Source of the DNA: a virus
Taxonomy: Duplodnaviria > Caudoviricetes
Direction: 5' to 3' (one strand)
Virus record (IMG/VR): IMGVR_UViG_3300020577_011395
Location: 65,046-129,045 of that record
DNA: 64,000 nucleotides
Made by a program: the position numbers and the translations under genes
The notes under the pieces: model-generated
Databases searched by the model: none
Seen by the model: only the letters and a program-made list of their open reading frames with translations
What the model was told of the DNA's origin: nothing
Part shown: one piece after another, positions 1-9,728 of the stretch
Layout of the letters: the number at the start of each line of letters is the position of its first letter
Position numbering within the stretch: position 1 is the first letter of the stretch

Positions 1-55
1 TGATAAAGAGATAAAATCTATAGTTGATTTTTATAAAAAAGGATATAAGTGGTAA
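1..55 (+). CDS. 3' end of upstream gene (partial; possibly an NDP-sugar dehydratase/epimerase)
   Basis: Frame from nt 2 reads DKEIKSIVDFYKKGYKW-TAA(53-55), abutting the ATG at 56. The function is a guess from context. Confidence 0.4.
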   Translation, partial: DKEIKSIVDFYKKGYKW

Positions 56-994
56 ATGGAAAAGAAAATATTAATTACTGGTGGCTCTGGTCTTTTAGGA
101 AATTCTTTTAAGAAGTTATTGCCAAATGCTCTGTATCCAACATCTGAAGAGCTTAATTTGCTTGACAATAAATCAGTATATTTCTATATAGAAAATGAAA
201 AACCAGACGTAGTTATACATCTTGCTGGTAAGGTTGGTGGCGTTAAAAACAACACTGAACATATGTATGACTTTTATCATCAAAATTCTACAATAAACAA
301 CAATGTAATAGATGCGTGTGTAAAAAACAAAGTTGAAAAACTTGTTTGCTGTTTATCAACATGTATATACCCAGATGAAAAGTTTATAGATTATCCTCTT
401 ACAGAAGAACAGCTCCATTTAGGCCCACCGCATGATTCAAACTTTGGTTATGCTTACGCAAAACGTATGGTTGATGTGCAACTTAGAGCCGCTAGACAGC
501 AATTTGGACTAAATTATATTTCTGTTGTACCTAACAATATTTATGGAGAGCACGATAACTTTGATTTAGAAAATGGACATGTTATACCAGCTTTGATAAG
601 AAAAGTTTGGGAAGCGCAGTTAATCGGAAAAGACACTTTTACTGTATGGGGTGATGGAGAGATATATAGAGAATTTACTTATGTCGATGATATAAGAGAT
701 ACTATTTTGTTCTGTTTAGAGCATTATAATTCGCCAGAACCAATAAATATTGGCAATCATAATGAATCTTCGCTTAAGAGTGTAATAGAAATAATTTGTG
801 AATTACTTAAGTTTGAAGGTTCAATTATATATGATGTTACTAAACCAAAAGGGCAGAAAAAAAAACCATCTTCAAATGAGAAACTGTTGCAATTAGGGTG
901 GAGAGAAGATCAATATACGAGCTTAGAACTCGGGCTAAAAAAGACTTGTGATTGGTTTATAAAGAGTTATCCAAACATTAGAGGTGTTAAATGA
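56..994 (+). CDS. fcl: GDP-L-fucose synthase (GDP-4-keto-6-deoxymannose epimerase/reductase)
   Basis: ITGGSGLLG Rossmann motif, HLAGKVGG, LSTCIYP, catalytic YAYAK, PNNIYGEHDNF, HVIPALIRK, VWGDG..YREF. Confidence 0.92.
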   Translation: MEKKILITGGSGLLGNSFKKLLPNALYPTSEELNLLDNKSVYFYIENEKPDVVIHLAGKVGGVKNNTEHMYDFYHQNSTINNNVIDACVKNKVEKLVCCLSTCIYPDEKFIDYPLTEEQLHLGPPHDSNFGYAYAKRMVDVQLRAARQQFGLNYISVVPNNIYGEHDNFDLENGHVIPALIRKVWEAQLIGKDTFTVWGDGEIYREFTYVDDIRDTILFCLEHYNSPEPINIGNHNESSLKSVIEIICELLKFEGSIIYDVTKPKGQKKKPSSNEKLLQLGWREDQYTSLELGLKKTCDWFIKSYPNIRGVK

Positions 995-1581
995 TAAAAG
1001 AGATTGTTAAAAGTATAGAAGAGTCTATTGCAGTAAAACAACAAATATTAAAGTCGGAAGAAACTCTTGATTTAATCCGTGCAGCTGCTATAACTATTAC
1101 GCATGCCTTCCAAGACGAAGGAAAGGTTTTGTTCTGTGGCAATGGCGGTTCGGCTGCTGATGCTCAGCACTTATCAGCAGAGCTTTCTGGCAGGTTTAAG
1201 TTTGATAGAGAGCCGCTAGATGCTGAAGCTCTACATGTAAATTCGTCTTATATAACTGCGGTTGCAAATGACTATGGCTATGAACAAATATTTTCAAGGC
1301 TAATAGCGGCCAAGGCAAAAAGAGGAGATGTATTAGTCGGCCTCAGCACATCAGGTGAATCAAAAAACATAATAAAAGCTTTTGAAAAAGCTAGAGAAAT
1401 AAAAAATATTAGCTGTATTTCTTTAACTGGTGCGGGAGAAAGCACTTTGGACAAACTATCTCACATTACAATAAAAGTACCTTCTACTGACACAGCTAGG
1501 ATACAAGAAGCGCATATAATGATTGGCCATATAATTTGTGGTCTTGTGGAACAAAGCATCTATGGCAAAGCTACAATTTAA
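991..1581 (+). CDS. gmhA: D-sedoheptulose-7-phosphate isomerase (SIS domain)
   Basis: CGNGGSAADAQH, ANDYGY, STSGES, TARIQEAH motifs; ATGA overlap with fcl. Confidence 0.93.
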   Translation: MIKEIVKSIEESIAVKQQILKSEETLDLIRAAAITITHAFQDEGKVLFCGNGGSAADAQHLSAELSGRFKFDREPLDAEALHVNSSYITAVANDYGYEQIFSRLIAAKAKRGDVLVGLSTSGESKNIIKAFEKAREIKNISCISLTGAGESTLDKLSHITIKVPSTDTARIQEAHIMIGHIICGLVEQSIYGKATI

Positions 1582-2323
1582 AGATATAATTGATATTCAT
1601 GCTGGAAAAACTGCTTTAGTGGTGGCAAATGGACCTAGCACAAAACCATTATTAAAACATATCGCATCTTGTTCTAAACAAAAAGATAAATATGTTATTT
1701 TTGTTTGTAACGAAATTGATGAAATGTTAGAAAACGTAAATTTAAAAATAGGAGTAGATATAATACCTGATTACTGGGTTATCGCAAGTACTACTCTAAC
1801 GGTTGGTTCTAGATTTAATAACTTTAATAAATTAACTAACGGTGCGCTTTTATTTGCAGATAGTGCGGACATGACGAGAAATCCAGAAGAGTTATTAAAT
1901 ATTGACTTCTTACCATATGACCAAAGACATTTTGATAATAAGCCTTGCCCAATTCCACCAGAATTAGGATGCTGTGAAAAGTGTAAAGACGTAATACCAC
2001 ATAGAATTACTATTCAAGAAGAATTAAAAAACTATTGTGGAGCAAATTCGCATTATGGCACAGCTTCTACTGTTGCTTTACACATGCTTGCATTTTCTAT
2101 TTTAATGGGTTGTAAAAAGTCTTATATTTCTGGAGTGGACTTAGACTATTCGCTTGGCTATTTTGATAGGAAAACCACGAATCCTGATGGCTTTAAGTTA
2201 TGGATCTCAGACATACTTTCTGACTTTAAAACAATTAATGAAAGTGCTAAGCTAAAAGGAGTGGAAGTCATAAATTTAAGCCCATTTTCCCCATTAAAGG
2301 ATATATTTAAAACAAATGTTTAA
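1562..2323 (+). CDS. Maf/DUF115/GT42(CstII)-like glycosyltransferase, putative CMP-nonulosonate transferase
   Basis: ALVVANGPS, VIFVCNE and STVALHMLAFSILMGCKKSYISGVDL match the GNGPS..CN..A.A..LG.K.IYL.G.D pattern of CstII/Maf. Start moved to ATG 1562. Confidence 0.7.
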   Translation: MAKLQFKDIIDIHAGKTALVVANGPSTKPLLKHIASCSKQKDKYVIFVCNEIDEMLENVNLKIGVDIIPDYWVIASTTLTVGSRFNNFNKLTNGALLFADSADMTRNPEELLNIDFLPYDQRHFDNKPCPIPPELGCCEKCKDVIPHRITIQEELKNYCGANSHYGTASTVALHMLAFSILMGCKKSYISGVDLDYSLGYFDRKTTNPDGFKLWISDILSDFKTINESAKLKGVEVINLSPFSPLKDIFKTNV

Positions 2324-2969
2324 TTGGCATAAAACACAAAATGATGAGTATTTAAAACTTTGCTCACTTCGCCTAGGAAGTGGAGAACCGTTGCATTGGG
2401 TAATGCATTTTGTAAATATTATAAATAATTTTTTGTACAATGATAAAAGTATTAGTGGTTTAACGATCAATGATATAGGCTGCAATGTTGGCCATTTTTT
2501 AAGAGGTGTTGATAAAATAAAAGTTAATACTGTTTATAATGGTTATGATATTTCAAGTGTATATTTAGATATAGCAAAACAACATTTCAAAAAAGATTGT
2601 TTTTATTTACTTGATGCTTCTGAAGAAGTACCAAAAGAATGTGATGTAACCGTTATATCCGCTACAATGGAACACGTATTAAATGATAAAACATTTTTGA
2701 AGAATATACTAAATTCTTCAAAAAAGATGGTAATAATACGTACATTTCTAGGGGATTCAATATTAGAAGAAAAATGTTGCAAAGACGGCGCAGAATATCC
2801 TTATGTGATAAAACAATTTACAAAAGAATATATTGAATCATTAATAGACAAAAATATTTGGAAAATTAAATATTTAGAAGATATAGCAACAAATGGACGT
2901 GCTAAGAAAGTATGCGATAAAGAAGATATCATTAGAACTCAAAAAGTTATAATATTGGAAAAAATATGA
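2316..2969 (+). CDS. Class I SAM-dependent methyltransferase
   Basis: INDIGCNVG motif I, GYDIS acidic motif II, ATMEHV. Confidence 0.8.
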   Translation: MFNWHKTQNDEYLKLCSLRLGSGEPLHWVMHFVNIINNFLYNDKSISGLTINDIGCNVGHFLRGVDKIKVNTVYNGYDISSVYLDIAKQHFKKDCFYLLDASEEVPKECDVTVISATMEHVLNDKTFLKNILNSSKKMVIIRTFLGDSILEEKCCKDGAEYPYVIKQFTKEYIESLIDKNIWKIKYLEDIATNGRAKKVCDKEDIIRTQKVIILEKI

Positions 2970-3883
2970 AATTAATTATTTTTATAAATAGCGCTGGCCC
3001 AAATGTTTCTTACGAAAATTTATTTGATACGATTAGTTCAATTTCTTCTAAATGCGGTATAGAAGATTATGGATTTTATTTTGTTGCTGAAAATGAAACA
3101 ATTGCAAATATGATTAATGAAATATTTTTAGTTTGCAATATACAAAATAAATTATTAGAACTAAAAATATCTAATGACTCATGGGCAAAAAACTTTAACT
3201 TATTCTTTAATTTATACAAAGAAAAAACAGAATATATAATTTATTCACATGATGATTTATATATAAAAACTGATAATTTCTTTATAAAAGCATTAAAAGA
3301 AATAGATGGCATAGATGAAGAATTGGGATGGATAACGTTCACAAGCGACGCCTATTACAGAAACTATGGTTTAGGAATAACCAATTCTGTTAGAGAAGGT
3401 TTTAGTCTTGACAGAGGAGGTTATCCTGGTATTTTTGAGTGCCACTCTATGAAAAACGGAGATAATTTAGACGCTCTAGACATGCCGCCATCGACAGTGA
3501 AATGTCATGCACCATTCCCGCATTTTGTTATGATTTCTTCTAAAACTTTAGAAAAAGTTGGTCCTTGCTCTGATTGGTCTAATTACACTCTTTTGATAGA
3601 TGAAGACTGGGGTTTGGAAGCCCTAAAGAAAAATCTGGTTAATATCTGGATCCCGGACATTGTTTATACCCATCCCTTACGCAAGGATAGCAGAAAAGAA
3701 ATGGGAGTACGATATCAGAATGAAGTTCACGCCAAGTTTAAAGAAAAGTGGGGTTGGAACTTTGATATTGGCGGTTATAGTGATTCCTTTGTAGAAGAAA
3801 TCTGTGAAAAATTTAAAGATACTAACATCCCTTTGACCAAAGGCAAGAATTCTTTTGACTGGCAATATCCGAGAAGAAAATAA
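2966..3883 (+). CDS. GT-A (GT2-like) glycosyltransferase
   Basis: YIIYSHDDL DxD-like motif, LEKVG, EDWGL, KFKEKW tail typical of GT2-like proteins. Confidence 0.65.
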   Translation: MKLIIFINSAGPNVSYENLFDTISSISSKCGIEDYGFYFVAENETIANMINEIFLVCNIQNKLLELKISNDSWAKNFNLFFNLYKEKTEYIIYSHDDLYIKTDNFFIKALKEIDGIDEELGWITFTSDAYYRNYGLGITNSVREGFSLDRGGYPGIFECHSMKNGDNLDALDMPPSTVKCHAPFPHFVMISSKTLEKVGPCSDWSNYTLLIDEDWGLEALKKNLVNIWIPDIVYTHPLRKDSRKEMGVRYQNEVHAKFKEKWGWNFDIGGYSDSFVEEICEKFKDTNIPLTKGKNSFDWQYPRRK

Positions 3884-4899
3884 TGAAAAAAGTTATATAT
3901 TTTGCACCAATTTGTGAATGGAACGATTTTGTAACATTTAATATGTATTTATCTAAAATAAGAAAAGACTATGAAATAATAGGAGTTGTAATACCTAGAA
4001 AGGCTATTTTCATAATAACAGAAGCAGATTTCTTTATTACGTTAGAAGATAAATATATGGTAGGTAGCGATTATCCGGAAACCTTAGAAAGAATTGGTGA
4101 TGTTCACGGAAACTTTGTGACCGATATTGGAGTTTTCCCAAAGCACGTAAGGAATACTGGCGTATTGTTTGAAATGGGTTACCAAGCTATAAAAATGAAT
4201 GATGAATGTTTTCCAGATTATGAAATAAAATTTTATGAGGCGGAAACAAATCTCTATAAGAAAAACTCTATAGAGATCTATAAAGAGCTATTTGCTAATT
4301 TAAAAACTTTTTTATCAAGTGGAAAGACAATTAAACCGACTAAAGAAGTTTTTGAAAGTATTGCTAACAAGTATCAAGGTTCCTTCAAAAAAGATATAAA
4401 GAATTATATTCTCTTGACAAGAAACTTCCAGAACAAAGCAGTAGATGAAAATACTATAAATCTCATTCCTAATTTACAACAAATAATAAAGAAAGTAACA
4501 GAGTCTGGCATAAATATAATAAATATAGGCTTTCCAGCACAAAAATATAATATAACCAATAAATTCTACCAAGAACTTAAATTTGAATCACTTACACAAG
4601 AAGAACTAGTTTGTTTAATGTATTTGGCTGATGGTGTGCTATTAAGTGGACGCTCTGGTGGTTTTGCTGCACATGTTATATCAAATGCTGATTTGTTTAT
4701 GCTTTACCCGGAATGGTCTAAAATAAGAGCAGATATAGACATTTCTATTTTTAATGATCGTACAAAACTAGTCGGGTCTACAGACCTGTGTAAGCATGTT
4801 AGCGACAACAATATACAAAAAATTATTTCTATACTTAAAACACACAAAAAAATAGCCATAAATGATTTTGCAGAGCCAAAAGAAATCTTTTATATTTAA
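3883..4899 (+). CDS. Hypothetical protein, possible GT-B (GT9-like) glycosyltransferase
   Basis: C-terminal LMYLADGVLLSGRSGGFAAH resembles the GT-B SG..H motif; lies inside the sugar island. Confidence 0.4.
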   Translation: MKKVIYFAPICEWNDFVTFNMYLSKIRKDYEIIGVVIPRKAIFIITEADFFITLEDKYMVGSDYPETLERIGDVHGNFVTDIGVFPKHVRNTGVLFEMGYQAIKMNDECFPDYEIKFYEAETNLYKKNSIEIYKELFANLKTFLSSGKTIKPTKEVFESIANKYQGSFKKDIKNYILLTRNFQNKAVDENTINLIPNLQQIIKKVTESGINIINIGFPAQKYNITNKFYQELKFESLTQEELVCLMYLADGVLLSGRSGGFAAHVISNADLFMLYPEWSKIRADIDISIFNDRTKLVGSTDLCKHVSDNNIQKIISILKTHKKIAINDFAEPKEIFYI

Positions 4900-4912
4900 C
4901 GAGTTAATAAAA

Positions 4913-5578
4913 ATGAATTGTCTTATTTTAGCCCGTGGTGGAAGTATTGGAGTTCCTAAGAAGAATATCAAGCTATTAAACGGTAAGCCATTAATCGCTT
5001 ATCCAATAGAATCAGCTAAAAAAACTAAATATATATCTAAAGTTTATGTTTCAACAGATTCTGACGAGATTGCAGAAATAGCAAAGAGTTACGGCGCTGA
5101 AATTATAAAACGCCCAAGTGAACTAGCCCAGAGTAATTCTTTAGATGTTGACGCCTTTAAACACGCTGTTAAGTTCTTGGGGGAAGAAGACATTGTTCAG
5201 CTTAGAGCTACAACTCCCATAATAAATCCAATGGTTTTAGATAAAGCTATAGAATATTTTCTAGAAAACCCAGAGGCCACTTCTCTTAGATCTGCACAAG
5301 AATTCTCAGAATCAGTCTATAAATTCTTTAAGAAAGATGGACCATATTGGACCGGTTTCTTTCCTGAACTGCAGGGTGAATACTATAATAGGCCGCGCCA
5401 ATCATTCCCTGCATCTTATTTACCGAATGGTTATATCGATATTGTTAGACCAAAAATTTTCATGTATAAAGATACCTTTCATGGTGATAAAATGCTTTCA
5501 TTCGTAACCGAGCCAGTCATAGAAATCGACACACCAGAAGATTTTGCTAGACTTGAACAAAGGATGAAAAATGTATAA
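4913..5578 (+). CDS. neuA: Acylneuraminate (nonulosonate) cytidylyltransferase
   Basis: ILARGGSIGVPKKNI, GKPLI, VSTDS, RPSELA, QLRATTP, RQ..P..Y.PNG, EIDTPEDF. Start moved to ATG 4913. Confidence 0.9.
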   Translation: MNCLILARGGSIGVPKKNIKLLNGKPLIAYPIESAKKTKYISKVYVSTDSDEIAEIAKSYGAEIIKRPSELAQSNSLDVDAFKHAVKFLGEEDIVQLRATTPIINPMVLDKAIEYFLENPEATSLRSAQEFSESVYKFFKKDGPYWTGFFPELQGEYYNRPRQSFPASYLPNGYIDIVRPKIFMYKDTFHGDKMLSFVTEPVIEIDTPEDFARLEQRMKNV

Positions 5579-6902
5579 ATTTGCAACTACACCACAAAAA
5601 GCCGAAAAAAAGTATACCAAACACGTAACCATACATACTGATATTCCATCTCCAACAACAATAAAGATTTTAGAACAAACTGCTAAAAATGAACCAAGTT
5701 CGATGAACCATCAATTACCAATTGTATGGGATAAAGCAATTGATTATAATGTGTTTGATAATGCTGGCAACAAGTGGATAGATTTCACCTCAACCATATT
5801 TGTTGCTAATGTTGGTCACTCAAATCCAAAAGTGTGCGCAGCTATTAAAAAAATGGTAGATAAGCAACTATTAAATGCTTATTATTACCCAACACAAATA
5901 AAAGCAGATTTTGTTTCAAAACTGCTATCCGTATCTCCATCCAATATTGATAAGGCATTTTTGCTGTCAACCGGATCTGAGGCTGTTGAAGCAGCAGTTA
6001 AAATGGCCATTAAAAACAAAAGTAAGGTTGGGAAGAGAGTCATTGTTTCTTTTGATGGATCATTCCACGGTAAGACTATGGGATCTCAGATGGTCGGAGG
6101 CAAACCACCAGAGAAAGAATGGCTAAGATACCAACATCCAGATATTGTCAATGTTCCATTCCCTTACCCGTGGACTTCTTTTAGTTTCCAAGACACACTC
6201 CAAGACCTAGCTGACCGGGGTATTAGTCTCCGAGATATCGCTGGATTTGTTACTGAGTCTTACCAAGGATGGTGCGCTTGTTTCTTACCAAAACAATACG
6301 TAAAAGATATGAGAGAATGGTGTGATCAAAATAATTCTTTATTGATATTTGATGAAGTTCAATCTGGTTTTGGTAGAACAGGGAAGTTCTTCGCATTTGA
6401 GCACTATGATGTTAAAGCAGATATCATTTGTTGTGGGAAAGGTATTTCTTCAAGCCTACCATTATCCGCTGTCCTATCCAGAGAAGAACTGTTCGAACCA
6501 GAACAAAGTTTTAACAGTACTCATGGAGGCAATCCTGTGGCCTGTGCAGCCTCTCTGGCGTCTTTGGAAGAGATCATTGATAGAAACTTAGTCAAAGAAT
6601 CGGAACGCAAGGGAAAGCTTCTAGAGATGCTTTTAAACGAATGGCAGAAAGAGTCACCAGACACAATTAAAAAAGTATTCTGTACTGGCTTACTCGCAAG
6701 CGTATTTATTGAGCCAACCGTTGGTGACAAAAACGAATTCGTTGATAGGTTAATAGAAGAAGCAATGAGGAGAGGTCTTATTTCTGTTAGGACAGCAAGC
6801 GGAACTTTAAAAATTGGACCTCCACTTACAATACCATATGATGCCTTGATTGAAGGCGTAGAGATTCTTAAAGAGTCTAAAAAGGCTTTAGAAAATGTTT
6901 AG
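5571..6902 (+). CDS. Class III PLP-dependent aminotransferase
   Basis: GNKWIDF, STGSEAVE, SFHGKT, IFDEVQSGFGRTG, GKG (PLP lysine), STHGGNP, IGPPL. Confidence 0.92.
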   Translation: MYKFATTPQKAEKKYTKHVTIHTDIPSPTTIKILEQTAKNEPSSMNHQLPIVWDKAIDYNVFDNAGNKWIDFTSTIFVANVGHSNPKVCAAIKKMVDKQLLNAYYYPTQIKADFVSKLLSVSPSNIDKAFLLSTGSEAVEAAVKMAIKNKSKVGKRVIVSFDGSFHGKTMGSQMVGGKPPEKEWLRYQHPDIVNVPFPYPWTSFSFQDTLQDLADRGISLRDIAGFVTESYQGWCACFLPKQYVKDMREWCDQNNSLLIFDEVQSGFGRTGKFFAFEHYDVKADIICCGKGISSSLPLSAVLSREELFEPEQSFNSTHGGNPVACAASLASLEEIIDRNLVKESERKGKLLEMLLNEWQKESPDTIKKVFCTGLLASVFIEPTVGDKNEFVDRLIEEAMRRGLISVRTASGTLKIGPPLTIPYDALIEGVEILKESKKALENV

Positions 6903-7311
6903 ACATGTTGGTATCGTGGTTGAAGATCTAGAACAACAATTAAGATTTTATACGGGTTTATTGGGTTTAGAAGTATATTATGACAAAGTAGAGCAAGGCC
7001 CTTTTTTAGAAACAATATTGGGAATTTATAACGTTAAGCCTCGAATATATAAACTTGGTAAAAATGGCAAAATTGTGGTAGAACTTTTACATTTTGGTAC
7101 AAATACACTCGTAGGAACACCAAAAAACTTAGTGGAAAGAGGACTAACCCACTTTGCCATAACAGTAAAAAATATAGATGATCTATATGCAAAACTCTTT
7201 AAAGAAGTTCAGTTTGTTAGCGCCCCTGCAATGTCTGATACTGGCAAGCATATAGTGTGTTTTTGTAGAGACTTTGAAGGAAATTACATAGAATTGGTTG
7301 AGGAATTATGA
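6895..7311 (+). CDS. VOC/glyoxalase family protein
   Basis: HVGIVV..L....FY...LGL, VELL, HFAITV, DFEGNYIELVE metal-binding pattern. Confidence 0.88.
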   Translation: MFRHVGIVVEDLEQQLRFYTGLLGLEVYYDKVEQGPFLETILGIYNVKPRIYKLGKNGKIVVELLHFGTNTLVGTPKNLVERGLTHFAITVKNIDDLYAKLFKEVQFVSAPAMSDTGKHIVCFCRDFEGNYIELVEEL

Positions 7312-8081
7312 ATATAGGCATTGTGCAAGGCAGGCTATCCGCTCCAGTAGACGGAAAGATCCAAGAATTTCCAACTAAAACCTGGAAAGAAGAATTTGCT
7401 ATAAAAAAAGAGCTTGGTTTAACCCATATTGAGTGGGTTATTACTAAAGATAGCCTTATCGATAATCCATTATTTACAGAGGATTTATCCAATTATCCGA
7501 TAAGCTCAGTGTGCTGCGACCATATAATAGATGAAAGAATCCACAAGTATTCTTTCTTGGAAGAGAACCTAGAGCCTATCTGTAAAAAGTTAGAAGAGAA
7601 TGAGATAAGTTTCCTCAGTATCCCATTACTAGAGCAAAGCAATATGGATGATGATGCGAAGAGAAAAGCATTTATCAAAAATATAAACAAACTCCACAGG
7701 AAACATAAACATCTCGATTTTATATTCGAAACAGAGCTAAGCGCAGAAAAAACAGCAGAAATTGTTAATTCAAATGAGGCTTTTTTTGTTACTTACGATA
7801 CTGGAAACATTACTTCTTACCTAAAATCACACGATTCTTACATCACTCATTTAAGAGAAAAAATAGTCAACGTGCACATAAAAGATAGGACTTTTGATGG
7901 CAAAACAAAAGAATTTATGACCGGGGACACTGATTTTAAAAAGATCTTTAACCTTTTATCTTTGGTAAAGTATAATGGCTTATATACACTTCAATTGGCC
8001 AGAGGAACTACTGGCGAAGAAAAAGAGTATATTAAGGCTAACTTAGAAAAGGTTAAAAATGCAATCAAACAATCTGTTTAG
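7308..8081 (+). CDS. Sugar-phosphate isomerase/epimerase (xylose-isomerase-like TIM barrel, hexulose-5-P 3-epimerase-like)
   Basis: IGIVQGRLS, HIEW, FETE, YDTGN, VHIKDR, GDTDF. Confidence 0.82.
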   Translation: MNIGIVQGRLSAPVDGKIQEFPTKTWKEEFAIKKELGLTHIEWVITKDSLIDNPLFTEDLSNYPISSVCCDHIIDERIHKYSFLEENLEPICKKLEENEISFLSIPLLEQSNMDDDAKRKAFIKNINKLHRKHKHLDFIFETELSAEKTAEIVNSNEAFFVTYDTGNITSYLKSHDSYITHLREKIVNVHIKDRTFDGKTKEFMTGDTDFKKIFNLLSLVKYNGLYTLQLARGTTGEEKEYIKANLEKVKNAIKQSV

Positions 8082-8883
8082 TTTAGCTGGGAAAACAGCT
8101 TTAATAACTGGTGGAGCGGGGCTTTTAGGCCCAATGCACGCAGAAGCTATTATAGAAGCTGGCGGGCAGGTAATCTTAGCTGATATAGATCTTGAATTAG
8201 CACGAAAAAAAGCAGATGATCTAAATTTAGAGTATAATGATGAAGTTGCCACGGCCTTACACTTGGACGTAACAAAACCTGCATCTGTAAATTTTGCTAT
8301 CGAGTGTTGTAAAAAAATTGATATATTAATAAATAATGCAGCTAAAGACCCTAAAGTTAAAAAAGATGGCGGGCTAAATCTAGAAACAAGATTTGAAAAT
8401 ATGTCATATGAATATTGGCAAGACGGTCTTGATGCAATTATCAATGGAACCTTTCTTTGCACTCAGGCTGTCATAAATAAAATGCTTGCATCCGGCACAA
8501 AAGGCGTAATCCTAAACATAGCGTCAGATCTATCTGTAATAGCGCCAGATCAACGAATTTATAAAAAAGAAGGTCTTTTAAACAGCCAACAACCAGTAAA
8601 ACCAATAACTTATTCAGCTGCTAAATATGCTGTTGTTGGTATGACAAAATATTTGGCAACATATTTTGCTCCAAAAGGTATCAGAGTGAACTGCCTAAGT
8701 CCAACTGGAGTTTACAACGATCATCCAGAAGATTTTGTAGAAAAACTTTCAAATATAATACCGATGGGAAGAATGGCAAAAAAGGATGAATATAAGGGAG
8801 CAGTTGTGTTTATGTGTTCAGACGCTAGCTCCTATATGACTGGTCATAACTTAATAATCGATGGTGGTAAAACACTATGGTAA
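8059..8883 (+). CDS. SDR oxidoreductase (PtmA-like)
   Basis: ITGGAGLLG, LINNAA, YSAAK catalytic motif, IRVNCLSP, IPMGRM, DGG. Confidence 0.9.
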   Translation: MQSNNLFSLAGKTALITGGAGLLGPMHAEAIIEAGGQVILADIDLELARKKADDLNLEYNDEVATALHLDVTKPASVNFAIECCKKIDILINNAAKDPKVKKDGGLNLETRFENMSYEYWQDGLDAIINGTFLCTQAVINKMLASGTKGVILNIASDLSVIAPDQRIYKKEGLLNSQQPVKPITYSAAKYAVVGMTKYLATYFAPKGIRVNCLSPTGVYNDHPEDFVEKLSNIIPMGRMAKKDEYKGAVVFMCSDASSYMTGHNLIIDGGKTLW

Positions 8884-8894
8884 AGGAAAACATA

Positions 8895-9728
8895 ATGCAA
8901 AAAATAACAGTAATAGCTGAAATAGGTATTAATCATAACGGTAGTATGGATTTAGCAAAAGAACTTATACTGAAAGCAAAGGAAGCTGGCTGTCATGCAG
9001 TAAAGTTTCAGAAGCGAGATATTGAAAGCGTTTATACTAAAGAAGAACTAGACGCTCCAAGAGAAAGCCCTTGGGGCAAGACCAACAGACAGCAGAAAGA
9101 AGGTTTAGAATTTTCTGCCGAACAATACAAAGAGCTATATACCTTTACCAAAGAGCAAGGATTGGATTTTGGTGTCTCTTGTTGGGATGTTAAATCTGTT
9201 GATTTGATTGAAAGTGTAGTAAACGTCGATTTTCATAAGGTGGCCTCTGCTTTACTAACAAATAAAGAATTCTTGTTTAGGCTAAATCAAACAGGCAAGC
9301 CAGTTATTTTATCGACTGGTATGTCAGATGACCTACAGGTTGATATGGCCGTCAATTTATTAACTAATTTAAAAGCTGTTTTAGCATGTACAAGTACATA
9401 TCCAACAAAGCCAGAAGAGTTAAATCTTAAATATATCCGCACATTGAAGGCCAAATATCCATTTTTAGAGGTTGGTTTCTCAAATCACTATAATGGACAT
9501 GATGCTTGTGTAATTGCTGTAGCGCTTGGGGCAACATGTGTTGAATTCCATCTTACAAAAGATAGAACAATGTATGGGTCAGACCAGGCTGCTTCAATAG
9601 AAAACGCAAAAGAACTTGTTGATGGTATGCTAGCTGCTCAAAAAATGCTTGGCGATGGCAGAAAAGTAGTATTCAATTCAGAACAGCCAATTGCTAAAAA
9701 ACTAAGAAAGGTCGATACTCTGGTATGA
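8895..9728 (+). CDS. neuB: Nonulosonic acid synthase, short form without the SAF/antifreeze domain
   Basis: IAEIGINHNG, AVKFQKR, KVASA, ILSTGMS, STYP, GFSNH, EFHLT.DR..YGSDQAAS. Ends right after the TIM barrel. AAGGA precedes ATG 8895. Confidence 0.92.
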   Translation: MQKITVIAEIGINHNGSMDLAKELILKAKEAGCHAVKFQKRDIESVYTKEELDAPRESPWGKTNRQQKEGLEFSAEQYKELYTFTKEQGLDFGVSCWDVKSVDLIESVVNVDFHKVASALLTNKEFLFRLNQTGKPVILSTGMSDDLQVDMAVNLLTNLKAVLACTSTYPTKPEELNLKYIRTLKAKYPFLEVGFSNHYNGHDACVIAVALGATCVEFHLTKDRTMYGSDQAASIENAKELVDGMLAAQKMLGDGRKVVFNSEQPIAKKLRKVDTLV

